DNA from: Alphaproteobacteria bacterium
GTDB taxonomy: Bacteria; Pseudomonadota; Alphaproteobacteria; CADEGL01
Length of the DNA stretch: 64,000 nucleotides
Direction of reading: 5' to 3'
Assembly (NCBI GenBank): GCA_050180485.1
Contig: JBFXED010000021.1
Location: forward strand, 245 to 64,244
Below are positions 10,242-20,452 of this stretch, one piece after another. The notes beneath the pieces are model-generated. The model searched no databases. It was not told the DNA's origin and saw nothing but the letters and a program-made list of their open reading frames with translations. Position 1 is the stretch's first letter. Every line of letters starts with the position of its first letter. The position numbers and the translations under genes were made by a program.

Positions 10242-12316
10242 ACGCCGACGTCGCCAACATCGTCTGGTCGCCGCTGGTGCCGTGGGAATTCCTGACGGCG
10301 CTCGGCGTCTTGGCTGCCTTGATTCTTCTCTACGGCGCGCTCCGGCGCGCGCGGGGCGTGGTCTGGCGCGCGTTCTCCATCGCCATTCTTTTGACGGCCT
10401 TGTTCAACCCATCCCTCGTCTATGAAGAGCGCGAGCCGCAGAGCGACATCGCCGTGATCGTGGTGGACGATTCACCGAGCCAGCAGATCGGCGACCGCCG
10501 CCAGAAGCGGGATGCGGCCCTGGCATCCATCGAGCAGCGGCTCAAAAGCGAGGCGAATCTGGAGGTGCGCGTCATTCATGCCGGCGCCGCCGCGCGCGAT
10601 GGCGCGGAAGATCCCGGCACCCGCCTGTTCGAGGCAGTCGGCCGCGCGTTGGGCGACGTGCCGCGCGAGCGCCTGGCGGGCGTGATTCTGCTGACCGACG
10701 GCCAAGTGCACGACGCCGACACGGCGGAATCCCTCGGCCTCAAGGCGCCGGTCCATACGCTTTTGACCGGCGCGCGCAACGAAGCGGACCGCAGGCTGGT
10801 GGTCCAGGCCGGCTCGCCCTATGCCATCGTCGGCAAGCCGGTCGAGATCAAATTCCGCGTCGAGGACGCGCCCGGCGCCAAGGGCACCGCGCGCGTCACC
10901 ATCCGCCGCGACGGCAACCCCGCGCGGACCGTGACCGTGCCGGTCAACGGCGAAGGCAAGGCAGAGATCACGCTTAACCGCGCGGGCCCCACGGTCCTCG
11001 AGATCGAAGCCGAGCCTGGCCCCAACGAGCTGACGCTCGACAACAACCGCGCCGTCCTCACGCTCAACGGCGTGCGCGACCGCCTCAAGGTTCTCTTGGT
11101 TTCGGGCGAGCCCCATCCTGGCGAGCGGACGTGGCGAACCTTTCTCAAGTCGGACCCATCGGTGGACCTCGTGCACTTCACCATCCTTCGGCCGCCGGAG
11201 AAGCAGGACAACACGCCGCTGAACGAACTGGCGCTGATCACCTTCCCCGTGCGCGAGTTGTTCGAGGTGAAGCTGAGCCAATTCGACCTGGTCATTTTCG
11301 ACCGCTACCGCCGGCGCGGCGTGCTGCCGCTCAGCTACTACGCCAACATCGCGGAGTATGTGAAGAAGGGCGGCGGACTGCTGTTGGCCGCCGGCCCGCC
11401 CGACGCGACCGCGTTGAGCGCATTCCAAACGCCCCTGGGCGAGGTGCTACCCGCGCAGCCGACCGGGCAGGTGATCGAGACCGGCTACCGTCCCGCGCTG
11501 ACCGCCGTGGGCAAACGGCACCCGGTGACGGCCGAGCTATCCGGCGCGCCCGAAGGCACCGAGAAATGGGGCCGCTGGTTCCGGCAGATCGAGGCCACGG
11601 CCAAGGGCGGCACGGTCCTGATGGAAGGGCCCGGCAAGCGTCCGCTTCTCATCCTGGCGCGCGAGGGCGAAGGGCGCGTGGCCGTCCTTCTGTCCGACCA
11701 GATATGGCTGTGGGCGCGCGGCTTCGAGGGCGGCGGGCCGGAGGCCGAGTTGTTGCGGCGCATCTCCCATTGGTTGATGAAGGAACCCGAGCTGGAGGAG
11801 AACGATCTGCGCGCCTCAGTGCGCGGTAACCGGCTGGAGGTGGTGCGGCGGTCGCTTGAGAGCGGCAAGAAGAGCGTGACCGTGACCGCGCCCAGCGGAA
11901 AGGAAACGACGCTGGACCTGACGGAAGAGGTCGCGGGCCGCGCCGTCGGCAGCATGCCGATCGAGGGGCCCGGTCTTTATCGCGTGAAGGACAAGAACAA
12001 GACAGCCTTCGCCGCCGCGGGCGCGCCCAACCCGCTGGAAAGTTCGGACGTGCGTACGACCGACGCGAAGCTAGCGCCCATCGCCCAAGCCACGGGCGGC
12101 GGCATCTTCTGGCTGGCCGACGGACAACCCGAGATCCGCCGCCAAACCGCCGGCCGGTCCATGAAAGGCGCGGCAAGCGATTCCTGGCTGGGCCTTCAAA
12201 CCAACGAGAGCTTTGTCGTGCTGGGCACACGGCGCGTACCGTTGGCGCCCGCCTTCGCGGTCCTCGCGCTCGTGCTCCTGCCGCTCGCCTTCGGCTGGTG
12301 GCGCGAAGGCCGTTGA
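10238..12316 (+). CDS. Membrane protein with VWA-like and glutamine-amidotransferase-like domains
   Basis: VVDDSPSQ, LLTDGQVHD, VLLVSGEPHPGERTWR, VDLVHFTILRPPEKQD; ATGA overlap with upstream gene. Confidence 0.87.
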   Translation: MNADVANIVWSPLVPWEFLTALGVLAALILLYGALRRARGVVWRAFSIAILLTALFNPSLVYEEREPQSDIAVIVVDDSPSQQIGDRRQKRDAALASIEQRLKSEANLEVRVIHAGAAARDGAEDPGTRLFEAVGRALGDVPRERLAGVILLTDGQVHDADTAESLGLKAPVHTLLTGARNEADRRLVVQAGSPYAIVGKPVEIKFRVEDAPGAKGTARVTIRRDGNPARTVTVPVNGEGKAEITLNRAGPTVLEIEAEPGPNELTLDNNRAVLTLNGVRDRLKVLLVSGEPHPGERTWRTFLKSDPSVDLVHFTILRPPEKQDNTPLNELALITFPVRELFEVKLSQFDLVIFDRYRRRGVLPLSYYANIAEYVKKGGGLLLAAGPPDATALSAFQTPLGEVLPAQPTGQVIETGYRPALTAVGKRHPVTAELSGAPEGTEKWGRWFRQIEATAKGGTVLMEGPGKRPLLILAREGEGRVAVLLSDQIWLWARGFEGGGPEAELLRRISHWLMKEPELEENDLRASVRGNRLEVVRRSLESGKKSVTVTAPSGKETTLDLTEEVAGRAVGSMPIEGPGLYRVKDKNKTAFAAAGAPNPLESSDVRTTDAKLAPIAQATGGGIFWLADGQPEIRRQTAGRSMKGAASDSWLGLQTNESFVVLGTRRVPLAPAFAVLALVLLPLAFGWWREGR

Positions 12317-12348
12317 GATATCGCGCGTCGTCCGTCCCCATACCAGCC

Positions 12349-12473
12349 GTCACCTTGCACTCGGCGCGGGGTCCAGCGCCGGGCGGCCTGCGAATGCGGT
12401 GATGATCTCGCCGCGCCTTCGGAGCTCTTCGCGCGCTCACGCGGCTGGATGCACGGTCAAGCCCGCGCATGAC
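12349..12473. repeat. Degenerate REP-like inverted pair (family C)
   Basis: GTCACCTTGCACTCGGCGCGGGGTCCAG ... CTGGATGCACGGTCAAGCCCGCGCATGAC, imperfect inverted arms. Confidence 0.5.
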
Positions 12474-12503
12474 GATTCAGGCAGGGAGCTTTTTTTGCTA
12501 GAG

Positions 12504-12641
12504 CCCCCTGCCCCCCTCCCTCGTTGGGAGGAGTAAAAAAACACATGAGGGAGGGGCGCTAAAAAAGCGCACGTCTCATTCTTCCACCCCTCCCCTTGAG
12601 GGCTTGAGCGGCGAAGCTGCTCGAGGCAGAGGGGGGAGGGG
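12504..12641. repeat. REP-like C/G-tract palindrome pair (family A)
   Basis: CCCCCTGCCCCCCTCCCTCGTTGGGAGG ... CCCCTCCCCTTGAGGG[hairpin with GCGAAGC]GGGGGAGGGG. Confidence 0.7.
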
Positions 12642-12789
12642 TTTGCCAACCCGCGTCGAGCCCCTCAGCCCGAGTCGTCGAGGGTTCGTCCCGCGTTGCC
12701 CCGGGGGATAAAGGCCCGAAAGACACAGAAGGCCACGCCGTCTGGGCGTGGAATAGGGATGTTGGCCGCCGCCGCAAACCCATCCACGC

Positions 12790-12824
12790 AAAAGAAAACC
12801 GGCCCTCCTTGCGGAGGGCCGGTT
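12790..12824 (-). terminator. Rho-independent terminator of the porin gene
   Basis: 12-bp stem AACCGGCCCTCC/GGAGGGCCGGTT, GCAA loop on minus strand, followed by a T-rich tract. Confidence 0.85.
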
Positions 12825-12853
12825 CATAGTCTCAAGAAACGTTGGTCTGTTTC

Positions 12854-14260
12854 TTAGAAGTTGTACTGCATGCCGAGCTGCAGACGCTGGGCGGAGCCCG
12901 ACGTGTTGCCTGCGCCCGTGTTATGCGAGCTGGCAACTTCGCGCCAACCCATCATGTATTCCAACCCGATCGAGACCTTGGAAACCGGGTTCCAGATCAG
13001 GTTGATGTGCGTCGTAACGATCTGGTCGGTCTGACCGTTGGCATTGGAGCCCAACTGAGCTACCGGGATGTCCATCGTCTGCGCGCCGCCGATGATGTTG
13101 GAACGCAGATTGTCAGCCCAGTAGTGCGTGAACGCACCCCAGCCGCCGAGCGCCGACACTGTCGTGATTTGGCTGCAGGTGTTCGTCGGTGCAGCACCGC
13201 CACCGGCAGAAGCGCAGTTCGTCACGTAGTAGTCTTCGGTCGAGCCGTTCAGGTAACGGCCGAGACCCTTACCGTAGTTGATGACACCACCGATGGTGTC
13301 CTTGCCCCACAGCTTGACCGTGACGCCGGCGTGACCGCCGCCGCCCCAGGCGTTGTCGTCGAAGTTGTTACCGCTGTTGTAGTTGAAGTTACGCGCAACG
13401 CCGGAGACGTTGATCGCACCCCAAGACGGACGGTAACGCAGAGCAGCAACAAAGTCCGGCATCTGGTCGATACCGTTGATGTTGTTGTTCGCGGCGGGAA
13501 TACCGTTAACACCAGCACCAGCGGCAACCGCGTTGTTCTGCTCCGGGTTTTCGATCGCGAGATCGGCCGACAGGGCGTCCATGACGGAAGCCGTGTAGCG
13601 AATCTGCGTCTGACGGACGAACTCCTGACCGGCGGCGCCGTAGAAGTCCACCGTGTCAAAGAACGTGTCCTGGTCCATGAAGGTCGACCAGGTCTGACCG
13701 GCGAGAACCGGGCCCAACTGGCCATACGCATGACGGACGCGGAAGCTGTCCGAGTTCGTCACGCGCTGGTTGCCGGCGGGACCGAAGAAGTCGCCTTCAA
13801 TGCGGGTCCGCAGGGAGCCCCAGTCCGTCGGCGTCCGCGAGTCGAAGCGGATACGCGACTGACGGGAATGCATGCGGAAGTCGCCGCCCTGGCTGTTGGC
13901 CGCGCTGCTCTTCAGCGGGATGGCCGTAACAGCGAACGAGTCGCCAATCGCGGTGCTCGGCGCGTTCATCGTGAAGAACGAGTCGGCCTTCACGTAACCG
14001 CTGAAGCTGATCGACGTGTCCGAGCCAGGAAGCTTCCAAGAGCCCGGGAACTCGCCGCCCGTGACGGCCTGCGCGGGAGCAACCTGCTCCTTCTGGGCCT
14101 TCGTGGTCGACTGAGTCTCGAGCTGGTTCAAACGGTTCTGAAGGGCATCGATTTGCGCCTTCAGGTCCGCGTTGTCATCCGCAGCGAACGCGGGGCCAGC
14201 AAGCAGAGCAACTGCCGCGCCGGAACCGAGCAGTGCGGTCTTAAAAGTGGTGTTGATCAT
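12854..14260 (-). CDS. dcaP: DcaP-family trimeric outer-membrane porin
   Basis: GGAGAGGAGG RBS, signal peptide, N-terminal coiled coil, FPGSWKLPGSDT...SGYVKAD, RQSRIRFD, EGDF, RVRHAY, LAGQTWSTFMD, C-terminal YNF. Confidence 0.88.
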   Translation of the reverse strand: MINTTFKTALLGSGAAVALLAGPAFAADDNADLKAQIDALQNRLNQLETQSTTKAQKEQVAPAQAVTGGEFPGSWKLPGSDTSISFSGYVKADSFFTMNAPSTAIGDSFAVTAIPLKSSAANSQGGDFRMHSRQSRIRFDSRTPTDWGSLRTRIEGDFFGPAGNQRVTNSDSFRVRHAYGQLGPVLAGQTWSTFMDQDTFFDTVDFYGAAGQEFVRQTQIRYTASVMDALSADLAIENPEQNNAVAAGAGVNGIPAANNNINGIDQMPDFVAALRYRPSWGAINVSGVARNFNYNSGNNFDDNAWGGGGHAGVTVKLWGKDTIGGVINYGKGLGRYLNGSTEDYYVTNCASAGGGAAPTNTCSQITTVSALGGWGAFTHYWADNLRSNIIGGAQTMDIPVAQLGSNANGQTDQIVTTHINLIWNPVSKVSIGLEYMMGWREVASSHNTGAGNTSGSAQRLQLGMQYNF

Positions 14261-14736
14261 CGAACCTCCTCTCCAAGAACGCATCGAAGTCCCTGACACG
14301 GTTAGCAATCGAAGCGTCTCGACGGCACTCGGCCTTTGTTTTTGGTACCGAGATTGGAGCTTTTTTGAGCTATCGGCGGCCAAACAGCAAGGCCGGAATA
14401 TGGCGATTGTAACATTCTTTGGATGCCTGTGGCGCTTTCGCCACATGGGGCCCGGCGGGGTTTAGGGCCAGCCTCCGCCTCACGAGATTCGCATTTTACA
14501 GCATTTCTACCGGACGCGAAGAGCTGCACATTTCGCTGAAAATAGGGGTGAGTCGTTTCGGCAACACAATCTTTAGTGCTATGCTTTGATTTAATGGCGA
14601 AACTTGGAACGACGCCGCCTTTCCTGCATGATCCGGCAGTCGATGCAGCGCCCAATATGGATATTTATTCCTAATTTGACCAAAAGCCGCGGCCCGAGCC
14701 GCTCCTGACCAACCGGACAAGACCCATATTTCGACC

Positions 14737-15825
14737 ATGGCGGATCCGCCCTCTTCAAACCTGACCAGCGCCCTGGCCGTGGCGGCCCGCCATCACCACG
14801 AGGGGCGGCTGCGCGAAGCGGAGGCCATCTATAAGGACATCCTCCGCGAGACACCCGACAATGGCGAGGCGCTCCACCTTCTTGGCTTGGTCGCCTATCA
14901 AAGCGGACGTCCCGAACAAGCGATCGAACTGATCGGCAAGGCGCTCCTCGCGGACGACGCCAACGCGGCCTATCACGACAATATCGGGCTGGCCTACCGG
15001 GCGACGGGCAAGATCGAAGACGCCGTGAAGCACGCGCGGCGCGCGGCCGCGCTCGACCGCACCAATCCCGGCACGCAATTCAACCTGGCTTGCGCGCTCG
15101 ACGCGGCCGGGCGCACCGACGAAGCGGTCAGCGCCTATCAGCGCGCGCTCGCCGTGGTGCCGAACCATGCGGAGGCGCATAACGGCATCGCCAACGCCTT
15201 CATGCGCCTGGGTCGGACCGAACAAGCCATCGGTCACTACCGGCGCGCGCTTTCCATTCGCGCCGGCTATGGCGAGGCGCACCACAACCTGGCCAGCGCG
15301 CTTGCCCTGCAGGGGCGATTGGAGGAAGCGGCCAATCATTACCGCGCCGCGCTGGCGGCCGACCCGGCCGCGACCGACACGCAAACCGCGCTTGGCGCCA
15401 TTCTCGCCCAACTCGGCAAGACCGATGACGCGATCGCCGTTCTGGAAAAGGCGCACATGGCCTCGCCGAATGACACCGATGCGCTGTTTTTCCTGTGCGA
15501 CGCGCTGCGTAGGAGCGGCCGTGTCACGAATGCGGCGGCGCATTATCGCAAGCTGGTATCGCTGCGCCCCGATCTGGTCGACGCGCGCTGCAATCTGGGC
15601 AACCTTTTACTGGAGACGGGCCAAATCGCGGAGGCCCGCGCCACCTATGACGCGGCACTCGCGCGCCGGCCGTCGTTGGCCGACGCATTGGTCGGCGTCG
15701 GGCGCTGCGAGGAAGTCGAGGGCCGCCGCGATTCCGCCGCCGATTGGTACCGCAAGGCCCTCGAAGCGGCGCCCGGACACCCATTGGCCAGCCAGTTGTT
15801 GACCGCTCTGGTCCCTCGCCATTAA
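14737..15825 (+). CDS. Tetratricopeptide-repeat protein
   Basis: About ten tandem TPR units (EALHLLGLV, EAHNGIANA, ARCNLGNLL); no catalytic domain seen. Confidence 0.87.
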   Translation: MADPPSSNLTSALAVAARHHHEGRLREAEAIYKDILRETPDNGEALHLLGLVAYQSGRPEQAIELIGKALLADDANAAYHDNIGLAYRATGKIEDAVKHARRAAALDRTNPGTQFNLACALDAAGRTDEAVSAYQRALAVVPNHAEAHNGIANAFMRLGRTEQAIGHYRRALSIRAGYGEAHHNLASALALQGRLEEAANHYRAALAADPAATDTQTALGAILAQLGKTDDAIAVLEKAHMASPNDTDALFFLCDALRRSGRVTNAAAHYRKLVSLRPDLVDARCNLGNLLLETGQIAEARATYDAALARRPSLADALVGVGRCEEVEGRRDSAADWYRKALEAAPGHPLASQLLTALVPRH

Positions 15826-15873
15826 CTCCGCGCGCACCATATTAGGCTGCGACCGACGGAAGGCGGGCATACC

Positions 15874-18069
15874 TTGAACACCACCCCAAGCGCGACTGGA
15901 ACGGATGCCGACGCGATTTTCTCGGCCGCGCTGGCGCACCATCAGGCCGGCCGGCTGCGCGAGGCCCAGACCGGCTACCGCTCGGCCCTCCAAGCCAAGG
16001 CCGATCACGCGCCATCGCTCCACTATCTTGGCCTTTTGGCCCATCAGGTCGGCCAGAACGACCTGGCCGTTTCGCTCATCAGCCGCGCCGTCGCCGCCGA
16101 CCGCGGCAACGCGCTTTACGCCTACAATTTGGGCGAGGCCTACCGGGCGCTGGAGAAATTCGAACAAGCCATCGCCGGGTATCGTCAGGCGCTGGCGCTC
16201 GATCCCGAATTGGCGGACGCGCATTTCGCGCTCGGCAATGCGCTGTACGAGCAGAAGCGGGTCGGCGAAGCCATTGCCGCCTACCGGCGCGCGGTCGAAC
16301 TGACGCCGGAAGATCCCGAAGCCTGGAGCAATCTCGGCAATGCCCTTATGGACCAAAAAGCCCACGGGGAGGCTGGGGAGTGCTATCGCCGCGCGATCAA
16401 GGCCGATCCGTCCTATCTGCCGGCCTACATCAACCTGGGCACCGTCCTCATCGGCGCCAAGCGCCATGACGAGGCCGCCGCGCTGTTCCGCGGCGTGCTC
16501 GCGCGCGACGAGCAAGTGCCCGAAGGCCATTACAATCTGGGCAACGCGCTGTTCGCCTTGCACAAGATCGACGAGGCCGTGGCCAGCTATCAGCGCGCGC
16601 TGAGCCTGCGGCCAGGCTTTGCCGAGGCGCATAACGCGCTGGGCCTCGCGCTGCAGAAGCGCAACGATCCCTCTTCCGCGACCGAATCCTTCCTCAAGGC
16701 GATCGCGCTCAAGAAAGATTACGTCGAGGCACACACCAACCTGGGCGGTGCCTTGGTCGATTTGCGCCGCTTCGACGACGCTCTGGGTGCCTTGAACGAA
16801 GCGCTGCGTCTCGACCCGAATCATGCCGAGGCGCACAACCAGATCGCCAGCACCCTGTCGCTGATCGGCCGGATCGACGAAGCCATCGTCAGCGCCCGCC
16901 GCGCGCTGGATGCCAAACCGGACTTCGCGGAAGCCCATTACATGATGGGCGTCCTGGTCGAACAGCAGGGAAAGTTCGACGAAGCCGTGGAATGGCAGCG
17001 CAAGGCGCTGGCCCTCGATCCGACCCTGTCGGAAGCGCACTACCATATGACATTGAGCGGCCGTGCGACGAAGGAAGCCGCCGGCACGGCCGAAATGGAG
17101 CGATTGCTCGAAACGGGAAACTTGGACGACCGCCAGCGCGCGAATCTGCATTTCGCGCTCGGGAACGCGGCCGACCACACGGGCGACTACGAGCGCGCGT
17201 GGAGACATTTCCGCGCGGCGAACGACCTGAAGAAAGCCGAGGCGTCATTCGACGAAGGCGGTGTCGGCCCTTACGTCGATGCGCTGATCGACACCTTCGA
17301 CGCGGACTACTTCGCCACGCGTCAGAATATCGGTAGCCGCTCCGAACTGCCCGTCTTCGTGTTGGGCATGCCGCGCTCGGGCACCACGCTGGCCGAACAG
17401 ATCATCGCCAGCCATCCGCGCGCATTCGGCGCGGGCGAGTTGGAACATATGGGCCAACTCACCTCGAGTTTGCCCGAGCTGTTGCAGACGCCGGTGCCTT
17501 ATCCGAAGGCCGCCGAGTTGATCGACGCCACCAATGCCAGGCGCGTCGCGGACCATTATCTGGCCGCTCTGCGCGAACGCGCGCCCAAGGCCGACCGCGT
17601 CGTCGACAAGATGCCGCTCAACTTCCTGCGCGTGGGTCTGATCGCGACGCTCCTACCCAATGCCCGCATCATTCATACCCGCCGCGATCCCATGGACACT
17701 TGCGTGTCCTGTTACTTCCAGCATTTCGCGCGCGGCTTCCACTTCTCCTATGACCTGGCCAATCTGGGCCTCTATTACCGCGAGTACGAGCGCCTGATGG
17801 CGCATTGGCACAAGGTTCTGCCCGGCCGCATCCTGGACGTGCAGTACGAGACGTTGATCGCGGAACAAGAGGCCGGCATCCGCAAGATCATCGATTTCTG
17901 CGGGCTGGAGTGGGATGCGCGCTGCCTCGCGTTCCACGAAACCGACCGGCAGGTGCGGACGGCCAGCTTTTGGCAGGTGCGGCAACCGCTTTACGCGTCT
18001 TCCGTCGGCCGTTGGCGTCATTATGAAAAGCATCTTGAGCCGCTGAAAGCAGCCTTGGGCCTGGCATGA
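15874..18069 (+). CDS. TPR-containing sulfotransferase
   Basis: TPR array then PVFVLGMPRSGTTLAEQII.SHP (PAPS loop), DKMPLNF, RRDPMDTCVSCY, TASFWQVRQPLY. Confidence 0.92.
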   Translation: MNTTPSATGTDADAIFSAALAHHQAGRLREAQTGYRSALQAKADHAPSLHYLGLLAHQVGQNDLAVSLISRAVAADRGNALYAYNLGEAYRALEKFEQAIAGYRQALALDPELADAHFALGNALYEQKRVGEAIAAYRRAVELTPEDPEAWSNLGNALMDQKAHGEAGECYRRAIKADPSYLPAYINLGTVLIGAKRHDEAAALFRGVLARDEQVPEGHYNLGNALFALHKIDEAVASYQRALSLRPGFAEAHNALGLALQKRNDPSSATESFLKAIALKKDYVEAHTNLGGALVDLRRFDDALGALNEALRLDPNHAEAHNQIASTLSLIGRIDEAIVSARRALDAKPDFAEAHYMMGVLVEQQGKFDEAVEWQRKALALDPTLSEAHYHMTLSGRATKEAAGTAEMERLLETGNLDDRQRANLHFALGNAADHTGDYERAWRHFRAANDLKKAEASFDEGGVGPYVDALIDTFDADYFATRQNIGSRSELPVFVLGMPRSGTTLAEQIIASHPRAFGAGELEHMGQLTSSLPELLQTPVPYPKAAELIDATNARRVADHYLAALRERAPKADRVVDKMPLNFLRVGLIATLLPNARIIHTRRDPMDTCVSCYFQHFARGFHFSYDLANLGLYYREYERLMAHWHKVLPGRILDVQYETLIAEQEAGIRKIIDFCGLEWDARCLAFHETDRQVRTASFWQVRQPLYASSVGRWRHYEKHLEPLKAALGLA

Positions 18070-18839
18070 TCGCGCGCGCCGTCACGGTTTGTCTGGCCAC
18101 CCTCGCGCTTGCCGCCTGCGCGGGCGAAGGGAAGCCAAAAAGCGATCCGCCGATGACGTTGAGCTACCGTTCCAGCGCCGCGGCGGGAACAGCAGGCACC
18201 TTCCAAAATTACCAGCAGGTCGTTCAGAAGACCGCGCCATCCTATGTGCGCGTCAAGATCACGGACCCGAATGCCGGCAAGGACGCCTCGACCGACACGG
18301 TTAATGGCGCCAGCGGCGTAATCGTCGATCCGTCGGGCCTGGTGGTGACCGCCGCGCATATCGCGCTCGACACCAAGCTGGCCGTCCAGGTCGTCACGTT
18401 CGACGGCCAGTATCACAAAGGGACTATTCTGCGGGTGGATCGCAACAGAGAGCTGGCCCTGATCCGCATCACCCCATTCGCCGGCATTCAGTCCGCGCCA
18501 CTCGCCGATTCCGCCAAACTCACCGTGGGCGAGCCGGTCTTCGCCATCGGCACACCCGACAACAAGCCCGGCGTCGTCTCGCTCGGCCAGGTGGTCGAGA
18601 CCAAGCACGCCGAGCGGTTGGAATATAACGGCTTCGGCTTCGACGACGCGGTCAAGCTGCGGATCGAGGTGGACCCCGGCAATTCAGGGGGGCCGGTCTA
18701 TGACAGCCAGGGCCGTCTGATCGGCATCATCGCGGCCTTCGTGCTGGGCAACACGGACGCGGCGAAGAACTACAAGCTCTCCTACCTGGCCTATGCGGTG
18801 CCGTCGAACGCCATCCGCGCCTATATGGGCAACCGCTGA
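18066..18839 (+). CDS. Trypsin-like (S1C) serine protease lipoprotein, no PDZ
   Basis: Lipobox LAAC; ASGVIV, VTAAH, GNSGGPV; ATGA overlap with sulfotransferase. Confidence 0.87.
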   Translation: MIARAVTVCLATLALAACAGEGKPKSDPPMTLSYRSSAAAGTAGTFQNYQQVVQKTAPSYVRVKITDPNAGKDASTDTVNGASGVIVDPSGLVVTAAHIALDTKLAVQVVTFDGQYHKGTILRVDRNRELALIRITPFAGIQSAPLADSAKLTVGEPVFAIGTPDNKPGVVSLGQVVETKHAERLEYNGFGFDDAVKLRIEVDPGNSGGPVYDSQGRLIGIIAAFVLGNTDAAKNYKLSYLAYAVPSNAIRAYMGNR

Positions 18840-18845
18840 CGCCGC

Positions 18846-20351
18846 TCAGAAGGCGTAAGTCAGCGTGATCTCGGTCAGATACCAAGTCCGGTTGAAATCG
18901 GTCGATGCGTTGGGAAAATTCGAAACGGCGTTCTGAAGATATTGCCGCGCGCCCGCGCCGGCCCAGGCGAAGCTTTGGGCAAGGGCGAGATTGATCTTGC
19001 TGGTGATCGACCACGATGCGATGAGATCCAATTCGTCCAGCGCATGGCTCGACGTGGCGCCGATCTGCCCGGGTTCGTCGTAATAGTTCCGGTAGAAAAA
19101 CCCGTAGAGAGCGAGATCCTTCAAGGGATTGGCGGAAATGCCGATCTGGTGCGTGTTCTGGTTGCTGTTGAACAAAAAGCTCTGGGCCGCGATCTCGCCC
19201 AGGAACCACGTGCCGTAGCCGCGGCCGACCGTATAGAACAACGGGTCGAAGGAGCGTTTAACGTCGTCGCTTGAGTTCCCGTCGCCGCTGAAATGGGTGT
19301 AGCGATAGAAGATGTGCGGCGTCCAAGACGCATTGGAGAACGTCCAGCCGGGCTCGGCATACCAGCCGTTGGCGCGCACCTTGTCGCCGGTGTGGTTGTT
19401 GTATTCGTAGGCGTATTCGCCATAGAACGTCAGGTCTTGCACATCCGGGATCATGCTTCCGCCGAAGCGGGCGGAAAGGACGCCCAATCCCTTGCGGTCG
19501 GAGGTGGAGCTGATCTGCGAAATGCCGCCGGGGCAATTCCGGGTCGAAAAGCATCCCGCGCTGTCGGCATCATAGATGTACATCGCCATGATGCCCGCGT
19601 AGCGCGCGCGGTCCGTGTAAGCGAAACGCCCGTCGCCATCCTTTTTTGATTCAAACCATTCGATATTCGTGCCGACGAAGTCCGTTCGCGGCCAGTCGAG
19701 GCCATTCAAGAGCGTCTGGTCGGTGGTCGAGCGCAAAAGGAACAGATCGGCGCGGACGGGATCGGTATTGACCCGAACCACGCCGAGTCCGTCGAACGCC
19801 GAGCGCGGCGACATGGAATTGGCGGCGCGGGCACCTGAGTTGAGGGTGCCATCGCCGATCAGGAAGGCATCGCCAACCTGGAAGTTCTGACGCCCCAAGC
19901 GGGCGTCGAGCGCATCCGCGCCAAGCTCGTTGAATACACCGCCGGATCGCCATCCCACGAAGGCTTCTTCGACCGCGATATGGCTCGGGTTGCCCCATGT
20001 GCTGGAGACCAGGTTCGCATCGCCGTCGCCGCGCGTGGCCGCGCCGATAGCGCTGCCTCCGGCGTAAAACTCGCCGGCGTTCGCTGAAACGAAAGACATC
20101 TTCAACGACGGAAGGATGAAACCTTCGAACCAGACCGGGTCTTGCGAGATCGGCTCGTTGCTGCCCGGCCGGTAGGTGCCGGCGCCAAACTGGGCGCCGG
20201 GAGCGGCGGAAAACTCGAAGCCGCCCGCGAAGCCGGCATCCAGCGCGAATCCCCCGCTCTCATAGAATCGCCAATCGGCGTGCGCTCTATGTTCCGAGAC
20301 GGCGGCAAACAACAGGACGAGGAGCGCCAGCAGGCGTGCCAAGCGACCCAT
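18846..20351 (-). CDS. Outer-membrane beta-barrel, alginate-export (AlgE-like) family, paralog 1
   Basis: Signal peptide, EEAFVGWRSG, GRQNFQVGDAFLIGDG, WYAEPGWTF, FDPLFY...GYGTWF.GEIA, C-terminal YAF. Confidence 0.78.
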   Translation of the reverse strand: MGRLARLLALLVLLFAAVSEHRAHADWRFYESGGFALDAGFAGGFEFSAAPGAQFGAGTYRPGSNEPISQDPVWFEGFILPSLKMSFVSANAGEFYAGGSAIGAATRGDGDANLVSSTWGNPSHIAVEEAFVGWRSGGVFNELGADALDARLGRQNFQVGDAFLIGDGTLNSGARAANSMSPRSAFDGLGVVRVNTDPVRADLFLLRSTTDQTLLNGLDWPRTDFVGTNIEWFESKKDGDGRFAYTDRARYAGIMAMYIYDADSAGCFSTRNCPGGISQISSTSDRKGLGVLSARFGGSMIPDVQDLTFYGEYAYEYNNHTGDKVRANGWYAEPGWTFSNASWTPHIFYRYTHFSGDGNSSDDVKRSFDPLFYTVGRGYGTWFLGEIAAQSFLFNSNQNTHQIGISANPLKDLALYGFFYRNYYDEPGQIGATSSHALDELDLIASWSITSKINLALAQSFAWAGAGARQYLQNAVSNFPNASTDFNRTWYLTEITLTYAF

Positions 20352-20452
20352 GCAACGATCGAATCCCTCAATGAGCTTTACGAAACGGCCCAGATTCCCG
20401 CACCTTGGCGGAGGGATGCGATGGTGTCCATCGATACGGTATGGAAGGCCAC

